A stretch of 64,000 nt of DNA from an uncultured Porphyromonadaceae bacterium (GCA_945916235.1 CAMEGQ010000002.1:4786-68785); one strand, 5' to 3'. Shown: positions 8,583 through 18,183, counted from the first letter of the stretch. Notes: generated by a model not told the origin, from the sequence alone. Numbers and translations are program-made.

Positions 8583-10340
8583 TCAGCCTTCGATCCAGGC
8601 GGTCACTTCGTCGATGGTAGGGTTCTTCAGGCCGAGCTTGTATTTTTTGTTGATGCCGCAAAGCTCCTGATGGAGTTTTCCGGCCGTGGCGCCGTGGAGG
8701 GCCTCAACGGTGAGGAATCCGGCCTTCTGCACGGGAGCTACCCATTCGGCGGGGACTCCGGCGGCGGTGAACACTTCCTCCTTGTCGCGGCGGGCCACCT
8801 TCTCGGGGCGCATCTGCGGGAAGAGGAGCACCTCCTGGATGGTGGTCTGGCCGGTCATAAGCATTACCAGACGGTCCATGCCGATGCCCATACCCGATGT
8901 GGGGGGCATACCGTATTCCAGAGCGCGGATGAAGTCGTGGTCGATGATCATGGCTTCGTCGTCGCCCTTCTCCGATAGCTTCATCTGCTCTACGAAGCGC
9001 TCATACTGGTCGATGGGGTCGTTCAGCTCCGAGTAGGCGTTGGCGAGCTCTTTCCCGTTGACCATCAGCTCGAAGCGTTCGGTCAGTTCGGGATTGTTGC
9101 GGTGGCGCTTTGTCAGCGGCGACATTTCGATGGGGTAGTCGATGATGAAGGTCGGCTGGATGTAGAGGCTTTCGCATTTTTCGCCGAAGATCTCGTCGAT
9201 GAGCTTCCCTTTGCCCATAGTGTCGTCAACCTCGATGCCCATCCCCTTGGCTGCGGCGCGAAGCTCATCTTCCGATTTGCCGTTGATGTCGAAGCCTGTG
9301 TGCTCCAGGATGGAGTCGCGCATGGTGACGCGTTTGAACGGAGCCTTGAACGATATGACGTTGTCGCCCACTTTCACCTCCGTAGAGCCGTTCACCTCCA
9401 TGCAGATGCGCTGGAGCATCTGCTCGGTGAAGTTCATCATCCAGTTGTAGTCCTTGTAGGCCACATAGATTTCCATGCAGGTGAATTCGGGGTTGTGGGT
9501 GCGGTCCATCCCCTCGTTGCGGAAGTTTTTCGAGAATTCATACACTCCGTCGAATCCGCCCACAATCAGACGCTTGAGGTACAGCTCGTCGGCGATACGC
9601 ATGTAGAGCGGAATGTCGAGGGCGTTGTGGTGAGTGATGAACGGGCGGGCCGAGGCGCCGCCGGGGATGCTCTGGAGGATAGGGGTCTCCACCTCCATGT
9701 AGCCGTGCTCGTTGAAATAGTTGCGCATGGAGTTGAACACCTTCGTACGCTTGATGAAGATGTCCTTCACTCCGTCGTTGACCACCAGATCGACATAGCG
9801 GCGGCGGTAGCGGAGCTCGGGGTCTTCAAAGCCATCGTAGACCACTCCGTCTTTCATCTTGACGATGGGGAGCGGGCGCAGGCTCTTGCCGAGCACTGTC
9901 AGCTTGGAGGCGTGGATGGAGATTTCGCCGGTCTGAGTGCGGAACACATATCCTTCCACACCGACAAAGTCGCCGATGTCGAGGAGCTTTTTGAATACCA
10001 CATTGTAGAGGTCCTTGTCTTCGCCCGGGCAGAGCTCGTCGCGGTTGACATAGACCTGGATGCGGCCGTCGGCATCCTGCAGCTCCATGAAGGAGGCTTT
10101 GCCCATGATGCGGCGGCTCATGATGCGGCCGGCCACGCTCACCTGCCTCGGGGCGGGAGCGTCGGGCAGGGGGTTGCCTTCGGCGTCGGTGGGTGTATCG
10201 ACAAAGTTGGCTTTGATTTCAGCGGTGTGACCCGTCACGGGGTATTCGGCGGCGGGATATGGCTCAATGCCGAGATTGCGCAGCTGCTCAAGCGACTGGC
10301 GGCGCACAATTTCCTGTTCACTCAGTTCCAGTATGTTCAT
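8583..10340 (-). CDS. lysS: Lysine--tRNA ligase (class II) with Bacteroidota-type C-terminal extension
   Basis: 585 aa with [26 protein letters not shown] (motif 2 region), GGFDGVYEF and [18 protein letters not shown] (motif 3). Confidence 0.95.
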   Translation of the reverse strand: MNILELSEQEIVRRQSLEQLRNLGIEPYPAAEYPVTGHTAEIKANFVDTPTDAEGNPLPDAPAPRQVSVAGRIMSRRIMGKASFMELQDADGRIQVYVNRDELCPGEDKDLYNVVFKKLLDIGDFVGVEGYVFRTQTGEISIHASKLTVLGKSLRPLPIVKMKDGVVYDGFEDPELRYRRRYVDLVVNDGVKDIFIKRTKVFNSMRNYFNEHGYMEVETPILQSIPGGASARPFITHHNALDIPLYMRIADELYLKRLIVGGFDGVYEFSKNFRNEGMDRTHNPEFTCMEIYVAYKDYNWMMNFTEQMLQRICMEVNGSTEVKVGDNVISFKAPFKRVTMRDSILEHTGFDINGKSEDELRAAAKGMGIEVDDTMGKGKLIDEIFGEKCESLYIQPTFIIDYPIEMSPLTKRHRNNPELTERFELMVNGKELANAYSELNDPIDQYERFVEQMKLSEKGDDEAMIIDHDFIRALEYGMPPTSGMGIGMDRLVMLMTGQTTIQEVLLFPQMRPEKVARRDKEEVFTAAGVPAEWVAPVQKAGFLTVEALHGATAGKLHQELCGINKKYKLGLKNPTIDEVTAWIEG

Positions 10341-10389
10341 TTTAGTCTGTAAGCTAAAAGATTGGATTCAAATATGGCAATATTTTGTG

Positions 10390-10397
10390 CAAAGGTA
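10390..10397 (-). promoter_or_regulatory. Candidate -7 promoter box (TAccTTTG on minus strand) for lysS
   Basis: The reverse complement of caaaggta matches TAnnTTTG, about 50 nt upstream of the lysS ATG (10340). Confidence 0.4.
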
Positions 10398-10497
10398 CAA
10401 AAAAACCTGCAAATATCCGCGCTTTTTCTCCGCCCCGCCCCGGCGTGTGTGGAAGAATGCGCCTCACAGCCCCAGAAGCCTCGGGCTACAGCATACT

Positions 10498-10531
10498 GTC
10501 AGCCGCCCGGCAAAAGTGTCAGGCGGCTGAC
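10498..10531 (-). terminator. Hairpin downstream of the MFS transporter gene (putative terminator)
   Basis: Perfect 10-bp stem gtcagccgcc/ggcggctgac with a 14-nt loop, 29 nt past the stop at 10560. There is no strong U-tract. Confidence 0.45.
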
Positions 10532-10559
10532 TTTATGTTTGAAAACGGCTCTAAGTGCC

Positions 10560-12020
10560 TTAAAGTTCAATCTTCTTGTAGCGCGGCACGAGGATCTTGA
10601 TGGCGCACCAGGCCAGCAGGTAGCTGATGGCGCAGATGCTGAACACTATCATGTAGCCTGCGGGCTTGCCCGAGAATCCGGCGAATGAGAAGCTGTCGCC
10701 CATGGCTGCCGTATAGTCGAAGAACACACCGGCGTAGTAGTTGATCAGATAGCTGCTGATGCCGCCGGCCATAGTGCCGATACCGACGATGGAGGCTACG
10801 GTCGAGGTCGGGAACATGTCGCCGATAGTGGAGTAGAGGTTGGCGCTCCAGGCCTGATGGGCTGCTCCGGCCAGACCGATGATGATGGCGGGCCACCAGG
10901 CGGAGTAGGCGCCAAGAGGCTGAGCCAGCAGAGCCAATATGGGCACGAAGGCGAAAATGAGCATGGCGCGCATGCGGCCGGTGTAGGGGTTCATCTTCCG
11001 CTTCTCCACGAAGACTTTGGGCAGGTAGCCGCCGCCGATGGAGAGCACGGTGACGATGAAATACAGCGTGAAGATAAGCGCCTGACCCATCGGCGTATAT
11101 GTGGCGTAGCCGAACTGATCCGAGAAATATGCCGGAGCCCAGAAGAGGAAGAACCACCATACGCTGTCGGTCAGCGCTTTGCCGGCCACGAAGGCCCATG
11201 TCTGGCGGAAGCCGAAGCAGCGCCAGAAAGAGATGGTCTTGGTCTCTTCCTCCTTGATTTCCGCAGGCGTCTCGTCTTTTTCGTCCTGCATTATGTAGGC
11301 CAGCTCGGCTTTATTCACATGCTTGGAGCGCTCGGGAAGGGTGTAACATTCCATCCAGAAAAACATCCACACGAAGCCCAGCGCACCGATGATGATGAAG
11401 GCCATCTCCCAGCCCCACAGCTTTGCGAGCACGGGGATGCAGAGCGGAGCCACCAGTGCGCCCACCGAGGCGCCGGCGTTGAAGATCGAGGTGGCGAAGG
11501 CGCGGTCCATCTTGGGGAAATACTGGGCTGTCACCTTGATGGCGGCGGGGAAGTTGCCCGACTCGCCCACGGCAAGCAGGGCGCGGCATCCGAGAAACAG
11601 ATAAACGCTGACCGTCGCGATGCTGAGCGCCAGTGCCGATCCGCTCTCTACGGCGCGGAGAGCCTCAAGCGACTCCACGCCCTCGATTTTCATCGTGGCC
11701 CAGCCGCATCCGGCATGCATCACTGCCGCCAGCGACCAGATGAAGATGGCCAGGAGGTAACCCTTTTTCGAACCCATCTTGTCGATGATTTTACCGGCGA
11801 ACAGGCTGACGATGGCGTAGAACAGCGAGAATAAACCGGTGATGACACCATAGTCGGAGTCAGACCAGTGAAATTCGGGCGCGATGAAGTCTTTCCACGT
11901 CAGGGAGAGCACCTGACGGTCGAGATAATTGATTGTTGTGGCAAAGAAGAGCAGCGAGCAGATCACCCAGCGCCAGTTGGTCTTGCGCGCTGGGTCTGCG
12001 GCTTTCATTGTGATATTCAT
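10560..12020 (-). CDS. MFS transporter, hexuronate (ExuT)-like
   Basis: 486 aa with about 12 TM spans and N-terminal WRWVICSLLFFATTINYLDRQVLSL, typical of the ACS/ExuT subfamily. It neighbours uxaC. Confidence 0.75.
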   Translation of the reverse strand: MNITMKAADPARKTNWRWVICSLLFFATTINYLDRQVLSLTWKDFIAPEFHWSDSDYGVITGLFSLFYAIVSLFAGKIIDKMGSKKGYLLAIFIWSLAAVMHAGCGWATMKIEGVESLEALRAVESGSALALSIATVSVYLFLGCRALLAVGESGNFPAAIKVTAQYFPKMDRAFATSIFNAGASVGALVAPLCIPVLAKLWGWEMAFIIIGALGFVWMFFWMECYTLPERSKHVNKAELAYIMQDEKDETPAEIKEEETKTISFWRCFGFRQTWAFVAGKALTDSVWWFFLFWAPAYFSDQFGYATYTPMGQALIFTLYFIVTVLSIGGGYLPKVFVEKRKMNPYTGRMRAMLIFAFVPILALLAQPLGAYSAWWPAIIIGLAGAAHQAWSANLYSTIGDMFPTSTVASIVGIGTMAGGISSYLINYYAGVFFDYTAAMGDSFSFAGFSGKPAGYMIVFSICAISYLLAWCAIKILVPRYKKIEL

Positions 12021-12064
12021 GGCTGTATTTAAGGTTGTAGAAGTTTTCGGGGAGGGTCAGCGCA

Positions 12065-12988
12065 TCAGGGGAGGTCGATGGCCACCATGACGGGGAAATG
12101 GTCGGAGGGGGTGCGCGGTGTGACGTTTTTGATTTTCACCTCCTCGGGAGAGTCGCCCTGACGCGAGGCTGTGGGATCTTTCTCAAAACTGCGGTAGGTG
12201 TCGGTCAGCACTCCGTATTTCTCCACCTTTATGCCGGGCGACACGAATATATGGTCGATGCGCGATGGGGTATAGCCGTCGGTGAGGAAGCCGTTGTAAG
12301 TGCCGTTAGGCACAAATCTGATCGGGGCGATTTCGTAGGAGTCGAGCATCTCGCCGTTGGCGGTCATGGTGGCGTAAGAGTCGCTGTGCTGATCCACATT
12401 GAAGTCGCCCGTGACGATGGCGGGAAGGTCGGCGGCTATCTCGTGAAGGCGCTGCTTTACGAGGCGTGCGCCTTCGCGGCGCGCAGTGATGCCGACGTGG
12501 TCCATGTGAAGATTGGCGAACATGAACTCCTTGCCCGAAGGTTTGTGGCGGAATTTACCCCACGAGCAGATGCGCGGGCAGACGGCGTCCCATCCCAGTC
12601 CGGGCTGGTCGGGATGCTCCGAAAGCCAGAAATCGCCCGAGTCGAGCAGTTCGAACATGTCGGTGCGGTAGAAGATGGCGCTGTGCTCGCCGGCAGTCTT
12701 GCCGTCGTCGCGGCCGCGGCCTGTCCAGGCGTAGCCGGGCAGATGAGCCGACAGCGAGTCGAGCTGATGGCGGAAACATTCCTGAGTACCGAAAATGTCG
12801 AATCCGTGGAAACGTACCATTCCGGCCACCCACGGCATGCGCTGCGACCAGCCGTTGCCGGCCTTGGCATCCGATTGGTTGGCGTTGCGGAGATTGTAGG
12901 TAGCTGCTGTGAAGTCGGCGCCGCTCAGCGGCATCCAAGCGCAAATCGCTACAGCTATGATGGCAAGAAGGCGAATGTGTCTGTTCAT
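12065..12988 (-). CDS. Secreted endonuclease/exonuclease/phosphatase (EEP) family protein
   Basis: Start set at MNRHIRLLAIIAVAICAW (signal peptide). EEP motifs TYNLR, FGTQE, NLHMDH, TGDFN and the C-terminal SDHFPV are present. Confidence 0.8.
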   Translation of the reverse strand: MNRHIRLLAIIAVAICAWMPLSGADFTAATYNLRNANQSDAKAGNGWSQRMPWVAGMVRFHGFDIFGTQECFRHQLDSLSAHLPGYAWTGRGRDDGKTAGEHSAIFYRTDMFELLDSGDFWLSEHPDQPGLGWDAVCPRICSWGKFRHKPSGKEFMFANLHMDHVGITARREGARLVKQRLHEIAADLPAIVTGDFNVDQHSDSYATMTANGEMLDSYEIAPIRFVPNGTYNGFLTDGYTPSRIDHIFVSPGIKVEKYGVLTDTYRSFEKDPTASRQGDSPEEVKIKNVTPRTPSDHFPVMVAIDLP

Positions 12989-13091
12989 GGGTAAAAAATG
13001 AAGAGTTGTTATAAGGTTGTTTGAAAAGTGTTCGGATGAGCTGTGAGAGAGGACATCTGCAAAGGTAAGCAAAAAAAATCATGGAAAAAAT

Positions 13092-13122
13092 TTTGTCAAT
13101 TCGAAAAAAGACTTTACCTTTG
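13092..13122 (+). promoter_or_regulatory. Canonical Bacteroidota promoter (-33 TTTG, 19-nt spacer, -7 TAccTTTG) for tRNA-Lys
   Basis: TTTG at 13092-13095 and tacctttg at 13115-13122. The tRNA 5' end lies 47 nt downstream. Confidence 0.6.
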
Positions 13123-13168
13123 CAACGCAATTGCGAAAGGCGTTTCGCAGACAGATGCGCGACATAAT

Positions 13169-13241
13169 GACTCCGTAGCTCAGTTGGTAGAGCAACTGAC
13201 TCTTAATCAGTGGGTCGAGGGTTCGAGCCCCTCCGGGGTCA
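13169..13241 (+). tRNA. tRNA-Lys (anticodon CUU), CCA not encoded
   Basis: Cloverleaf read by eye. The acceptor stem is GACTCCG/CGGGGTC, the D-arm is AGCTCAGTTGGTAGAGC, the anticodon stem is ACTGA/TCAGT with loop CTCTTAA, and the T-arm is GAGGGTTCGAGCCCCTC. Confidence 0.9.
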
Positions 13242-13259
13242 CAAAGCATGACAAAGTTA

Positions 13260-13297
13260 GAATCCTGAAAATCATCCGATTTTCAGGATTCTTTTTT
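13260..13297 (+). terminator. Rho-independent terminator after tRNA-Lys
   Basis: Perfect 11-bp stem gaatcctgaaa/tttcaggattc with a 10-nt loop, followed by TTTTTT. Confidence 0.75.
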
Positions 13298-13410
13298 ACG
13301 CCCCTATCCCTCACTTCATCGGCCAGCATCCCGTATATAGTGGCCAGAAGCAAACCCGGTTGAAAAGTGTAATTTTCGATGACCACACCCGTAGATTATC
13401 CGGGAAATCA

Positions 13411-13633
13411 GGGTACAACCCGTCCTGGGCCTGCAGGCGCTTGATGGCCGATCCGGCGCTGAAGCGCCTGCAGGCACCACGGCTACGCCGGCGTCCGTCA
13501 CCCCCTTCTCGTTGGCGATGTCGATCTGCCAGTCGACAAAAGCGCGCAGAAAGTTGCCTTCGCCAAACTGAAGTATGCGCACCGGGCGCCCGGCGGGCTG
13601 CACCGCCACTTTGTTTAATTCCTTGAGCTGCAT
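13411..13633 (-). pseudogene. uxaB: Remnant of tagaturonate (altronate) reductase: first ~75 codons with a frameshift, remainder deleted
   Basis: ORF 13316-13633 opens with [36 protein letters not shown], matching the UxaB N-terminus (E. coli ..[31 protein letters not shown]). The next conserved block (..[13 protein letters not shown], cf. STQDGLYTT) appears only in another frame. Homology stops about 110 nt from the tRNA terminator. Confidence 0.65.
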
Positions 13634-13672
13634 CTGATTAATAATATACGATGGGAATCGGTGGGTCTGCGG

Positions 13673-15091
13673 TCAGAATTTGAAATATTCCTTGGCGTTG
13701 CCGTAGCTTATCTTGGCCACTATTTCGCGGCCGATGAAATCAATCTCGGAGGCTGGGAGAAGTCCCTGCTCTATGTCGTTGCCCAGGAGGTTGCAGAGCG
13801 TGCGGCGGAAATATTCGTGGCGCGGATAGCTCAGGAACGAGCGGGAGTCGGTGAGCATGCCGACGAAGCGGCTCAGCAGGCCCAGATTGCTCAGGGCTGT
13901 CATCTGCTTCTCCATGCCGTCTTTCTGGTCGAGAAACCACCATCCGGAGCCGAACTGTATCTTGCCGGCGCCGTAGCGGCCATCCTGGAAGTTGCCGATC
14001 ATCGTGGCCACGAGCTCGTTGTCGCGCGGGTTGAGATTGTAGATGATGGTTTTGGCCAGTTTGTCGCGCGAGGCCAGACGGTCGAGAAATTTCGACATCT
14101 TCTGAGCCACGGTGAAGTCGCCGATGGAGTCATAGCCGGTGTCGGGGCCGAGCAGAGCCATCATGCGGCTGTTGTTGTTGCGCAGGGCGCCGTAGTGGAA
14201 CTGCTGCGTCCAGCCGGAGTCGTGGTCCATCACGCCGAATTCCTCCAGCATGGCGCTGCGGAATTTGAGGATCTCCTCGCGGGTGAGGTGCTCGCCGCGG
14301 ACATATATCTTTTCGAAAATACCGTCGATTTCAGCCGGAGTGTACTCTTCGGCATAGAATTCCTCGATGCCGTGGTCGCTCAGGCGACAGCCCACGCTCG
14401 CGAAGAAATCGTGACGCTTCTGCAGGGCGGCTATGACATCGGCGAATTTCGAGATGCTGACGCCGGCCACTTCTCCCAGCCGGTCGATGTATGCCTTGTA
14501 GGATGCGGGGTCTTCTACGGCCATGGCTTTGTCGGGGCGCCATGTAGGCAGCATCTTGATGCCGAACGTCGGATCATTGGCCACTGTCAGATGATGCTCA
14601 AGCGAGTCGACGGGGTCGTCGGTAGTGCAGACCACTTCCACGTTGTAGTGCTTCATCAGTCCGCGCGCCGAGCGCTCGGCAGTCTGAAGCATGGCAGTGC
14701 AGCGGTCGTAGATGTCCTTAGCGGTCGAGGGGTTGAGCAGGTCGGTCACTCCGAAAGCAGTCTTGAGTTCCAGATGAGTCCAGTGGTAGAGCGGGTTGCG
14801 CATCGTGTAAGGCACCGTCTCGGCCCATTTTTCAAATTTCTCCCAGTCGGTGGTATCCGTTCCGGTGATATATTTCTCATCAACGCCGTTGGAGCGCATG
14901 GCGCGCCATTTATAGTGGTCGCCCTCCAGCCAGACTTTCGACAGGTTGGGGAACACATGGTCGTTGGCTACATACTCCGGGTTGAGATGGCAGTGGTAGT
15001 CGATTATAGGGAGTCCTTCGGCGTATTCGTGATAGAGCCGGCGAGCCGTCTCGGTCTGAAGGACAAAATCTTTATCGTTGAATGGTTTCAT
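13673..15091 (-). CDS. uxaC: Glucuronate isomerase
   Basis: 472 aa with N-terminal FVLQTETARRLYHEYAEGLPIIDYHCHL and end-to-end UxaC-like sequence. Confidence 0.95.
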   Translation of the reverse strand: MKPFNDKDFVLQTETARRLYHEYAEGLPIIDYHCHLNPEYVANDHVFPNLSKVWLEGDHYKWRAMRSNGVDEKYITGTDTTDWEKFEKWAETVPYTMRNPLYHWTHLELKTAFGVTDLLNPSTAKDIYDRCTAMLQTAERSARGLMKHYNVEVVCTTDDPVDSLEHHLTVANDPTFGIKMLPTWRPDKAMAVEDPASYKAYIDRLGEVAGVSISKFADVIAALQKRHDFFASVGCRLSDHGIEEFYAEEYTPAEIDGIFEKIYVRGEHLTREEILKFRSAMLEEFGVMDHDSGWTQQFHYGALRNNNSRMMALLGPDTGYDSIGDFTVAQKMSKFLDRLASRDKLAKTIIYNLNPRDNELVATMIGNFQDGRYGAGKIQFGSGWWFLDQKDGMEKQMTALSNLGLLSRFVGMLTDSRSFLSYPRHEYFRRTLCNLLGNDIEQGLLPASEIDFIGREIVAKISYGNAKEYFKF

Positions 15092-15209
15092 GGTTAGGTA
15101 TAGTTTATGGTTTAGAGCCTGGTCGTTAACATATATTGTCGAACCGGCTCTTATTTTAATAACGGAGTTATGTCTGGATTATTGACTGCGCAACAACCTG
15201 AAATTTCGC

Positions 15210-16157
15210 TTATGGAGATGTCACCTTCGACGTGTTCCGCGATATGAGCTGCGCGAGGGCGGCGATGTGGGAGGGGGTGGTGCCGCAGCAGCCCCCGACA
15301 ATGGAGAGCGACGGCAGAAGCGGGCTCAGAATGCCGGCGAACTCCTCGGGCGACGGGAGCTCTCCCGACCGGGGCAGACCCGCCGAGGGGTAATAGACGA
15401 TGGGGTAGGGCGATTCCTGAATAAGCCTGCCGATGGCCGGCAGGAGAGTGGCGGGGCCGGAGCCGCAGTTGAAGCCAAGGGCTGCCGGACTGAATGGAGC
15501 CACGGCTGTTAGGATTTCGCCGATGGAGTGGCCCGAATGGATGCGGCCTGTGGGGTCGGTCGAGGTAAACGAGAAGACTACCGGAAGTTCCCGTCCAAGC
15601 CGCTCCATGGCCCACCGGCATGCTATGGCGGCGCACAGGGTGCAGTTCAGGTCAAAGGCTGTCTCGATAAGAAGCAGGTCGGCTCCACCCTCGATCAGAC
15701 CTGTAGCCTGCTCGGTGTAGGCTTCGGTCAGGGCTGTGGGGTCTGCATTGGGCGCCACGGGGCCAATGGCTCCCGCCACATAGCGCGGACGCTCAGCGGT
15801 GGAATATCTTGCCGCGGCTTCAGCGGCCAGACGTGCGGCCTCGCGGTTGATTTCGCCCGTGAGCGAGACTGTGCCGAACCGGCTCTGCGAGAAGCGGATG
15901 GCGCAGCAGGTGTTGGTCTCGATGATGTCGGCTCCGGCGCTGAGATAGCTTTCATGTACGGACGTGACCAGCTCCGGACGGCTCAGACAGAGGATGTCGA
16001 AATCGGAGGCAAGAGCGCAGGGATGCTCCCTGAAGCGGTCGCCTCGCATGTCGGCCTCGCTCAGACGCAGGCGCATGAATTCGGTCCCGGTGCTGCCGTC
16101 GAGCAGCAGGGCGCCTCGGCTCATGGCCTGCACAAATGGAGGGCGAAGGTCGGACAT
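15210..16157 (-). CDS. Homocysteine S-methyltransferase-domain protein (stand-alone MetH-N/MmuM-like)
   Basis: 315 aa with LLDGSTGTE, IETNT and the zinc-ligand region GFNCG ... GGCCGTTPSHI. Confidence 0.8.
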   Translation of the reverse strand: MSDLRPPFVQAMSRGALLLDGSTGTEFMRLRLSEADMRGDRFREHPCALASDFDILCLSRPELVTSVHESYLSAGADIIETNTCCAIRFSQSRFGTVSLTGEINREAARLAAEAAARYSTAERPRYVAGAIGPVAPNADPTALTEAYTEQATGLIEGGADLLLIETAFDLNCTLCAAIACRWAMERLGRELPVVFSFTSTDPTGRIHSGHSIGEILTAVAPFSPAALGFNCGSGPATLLPAIGRLIQESPYPIVYYPSAGLPRSGELPSPEEFAGILSPLLPSLSIVGGCCGTTPSHIAALAQLISRNTSKVTSP

Positions 16158-16305
16158 ATCCTTAAATCTTTACCCTGCAAAATTAAGGGAAATCATCTGA
16201 ACTTGAAACTATCCGGCGCCGACGAATGTTAAAAATAGAAAAGATTCATCACATTCGTCAAATTGTCTGATTTATGATCACCCCGATATTTTTTCGCCTT
16301 GGCCG

Positions 16306-16578
16306 ATGCCTTGGCCTGAAATCGCGGCAGGACGCCCGGATAGCAGCAGCGGCCCTCTGCCTGTCAGCCTGCAGCGTCGCATCTATTTCTCGCTGGGCGA
16401 GCAGGAGCCGCTTACGTCGGTGGCAGCCTTCCGCCCGGTAGGCCGCGACACGGCAGCCGTGGTGGGATATTTCAAATCTCATGGCGTCGCAACCTGCTTC
16501 CAGTGGAATCCCGGCAATCATTACGCCCCGCTGAAGCCGCGCCTGACCAAAGCCTTTGTCTGGCTCTACGGCAAATAA
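16306..16578 (+). pseudogene. Possible C-terminal fragment of an esterase / alpha-beta hydrolase (or a small orphan ORF)
   Basis: The 90-aa ORF shows IYFSLGEQEP ... WNPGNH ... KAFVWLY, resembling the last third of PF00756-type esterases (..idcGteD.. / ..pGgH.. / ..al.fl). There is no room for the catalytic N-terminal two thirds before the convergent upstream gene. The call is weak. Confidence 0.3.
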
Positions 16579-16580
16579 AT

Positions 16581-16751
16581 TCGGTTTATTCTTCAATATC
16601 CCGGACGAAAGTGAGTAGATTCCCGACCTTTCATCGGTCAGATAATATGCTTCCTATCGTTCCGACGCGTTGCAACCCCTGCCGCACCCTTTCCCTTGGG
16701 CCTGCGGCATCTCCCGGAAAACACACACCGGGAGCCTGAAGAATAAACCGA
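16581..16751 (+). promoter_or_regulatory. rha operon leader bounded by a perfect 15-bp inverted repeat
   Basis: tcggtttattcttca (16581-16595) is the exact reverse complement of tgaagaataaaccga (16737-16751). Inside lie GTGAGTAG (16611-16618), TCGGTCAGATA (16634-16644) and a 7-bp-stem hairpin ctcccgg/ccgggag (16711-16734). The rhaB ATG is at 16759. Confidence 0.5.
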
Positions 16752-16758
16752 TAATATC

Positions 16759-18183
16759 ATGAACCCATCCTATTTTATAGCATTTGACCTTGGGGCTACC
16801 AGCGGCCGCACGGTGCTCGGTGTGCTGTGGCCTTCGGGCGAACTCTCCATGCAGGAGCTTACACGGTTTCCCAACCGGATGCTTCAGATCGGCAGCCGGC
16901 TTCACTGGAACATATATTCGCTCTATGAGGAGCTGATCAAGGGGTTGCGTGCCGCGGCCCGGCTCGGCGTCAGGCCGGAGTCGATAGGCATCGACACCTG
17001 GGGCGTCGACTATGTCTGCATAGCCCCCGACGGATCCATCATCGACTTGCCCAATGCCTACCGCGACCATCGCACTCTCGGCGCAGCCGCGCGCTTCTTC
17101 GAAGGAGCTATGTCGGCCTCCGAACTCTACGGGCGCACCGGCATTCAGCATATCGACTTCAACTCCGTATTCCAGCTTTACGAACACCGCGACGATTTCA
17201 GCCATAAGCATGCCGACAAGTTCGTGTTTCTCCCCGACGCTCTGGCCTATCTCTTTACCGGAAATATTGTTACTGAATACACCATAGCCTCCACCGGCGC
17301 CATCGTCGATGCGCGCAGCCGCCGCCTCGATGATGAAATCCTCAAGGCAGCCGCCACCGATGTGTCGAAGTTCGGGCCCCTGGTAATGCCAGGCCATACG
17401 GTTGGCACTCTGAAAAAGGAGATCGCCGCCGAGACGGGTTTGGGCCATGTGAAGGTAGTGGCTGTGGCAGGCCACGATACCGGTTCGGCTGTGGCTGCTA
17501 TCCCGGCTGAAGATGCCGATTTCGCCTACCTCAGCAGCGGCACATGGTCGCTGATGGGTATCGAGACCGACGCCCCGGTCATCAACGCCACTACCGAGAA
17601 ATACAACATCACCAACGAGGGCGGCGTAGGCGGCAAAATCCGCCTGCTGAAGAATATTACCGGAATGTGGATAGTGGAGCAATGCCTGCGGCAGTGGAAA
17701 CTCCAGGGTGCCGACTATTCCTATCCCGAGATGGTCGCTCTGGCCGAGAAGGCCGAGGCCGTATGCACCATCGACCCCGACGATGCCGCGTTTGTGGCTC
17801 CCGACAATATGATGGTGGCTATCGAAGAATACTGCAAGGCTACGGGTCAGCGCGTGCCGCAGACCCACGGCGAGATGATCCGCTCCATCTTCGAGAGTCT
17901 GGCTAAGAAATACGCCTCGACGCTTGATGTGTTCCGCTCGCTTTCTGACCATCCCATCAGGCGGCTCCACGTGATAGGCGGCGGCTCGCGCAATGCCTTC
18001 CTCAATCAGCTGACGGCCGACGCCTGCGCGGTGCCTGTGGTGGCCGGTCCTGCTGAAGCTACAGCCATCGGCAATATCATGGTTCAGGCCATGGCAGCCG
18101 GAAAAGTGGCCGACCTGGCCGATATGCGCCGGATTATCGCCCGCAATATCCCCACGGAGGTCTTCCACCCCCAGGCCCGTTAG
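16759..18183 (+). CDS. rhaB: Rhamnulokinase (FGGY family)
   Basis: 474 aa. The N-terminal sequence AFDLGATSGR is the FGGY phosphate-1 motif, and HVIGGGSRNAFLNQLTADA follows later. It is the first gene of a rhaBATD-ordered cluster. Confidence 0.9.
   Translation: MNPSYFIAFDLGATSGRTVLGVLWPSGELSMQELTRFPNRMLQIGSRLHWNIYSLYEELIKGLRAAARLGVRPESIGIDTWGVDYVCIAPDGSIIDLPNAYRDHRTLGAAARFFEGAMSASELYGRTGIQHIDFNSVFQLYEHRDDFSHKHADKFVFLPDALAYLFTGNIVTEYTIASTGAIVDARSRRLDDEILKAAATDVSKFGPLVMPGHTVGTLKKEIAAETGLGHVKVVAVAGHDTGSAVAAIPAEDADFAYLSSGTWSLMGIETDAPVINATTEKYNITNEGGVGGKIRLLKNITGMWIVEQCLRQWKLQGADYSYPEMVALAEKAEAVCTIDPDDAAFVAPDNMMVAIEEYCKATGQRVPQTHGEMIRSIFESLAKKYASTLDVFRSLSDHPIRRLHVIGGGSRNAFLNQLTADACAVPVVAGPAEATAIGNIMVQAMAAGKVADLADMRRIIARNIPTEVFHPQAR

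Noticed and set aside
9102-10352. Long antisense ORFs over housekeeping genes: 9102-10352 (lysS), 13661-15097 (uxaC), 16654-18168 (rhaB), 18194-19492 (rhaA), 7838-8560 (gpsA) and 10857-11834 (MFS).
   Set aside because: The reasoning is the same. The annotated strand gives textbook LysS, UxaC, RhaB, RhaA and GpsA sequences, and the antisense products are compositionally biased with no motifs.
12988-13640. Integrated mobile element or genomic island at tRNA-Lys.
   Set aside because: No integrase, excisionase, transposase or direct repeat of the tRNA 3' end was found on either side. Only the truncated uxaB hints at a past event, so no mobile_element feature is called.
16258-16596. 112-aa minus-strand ORF opposite the esterase-like fragment.
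   Set aside because: It has no motifs, an Arg/Ala-rich composition, and no plausible promoter or start context. The + strand ORF at least shows weak hydrolase-like blocks.
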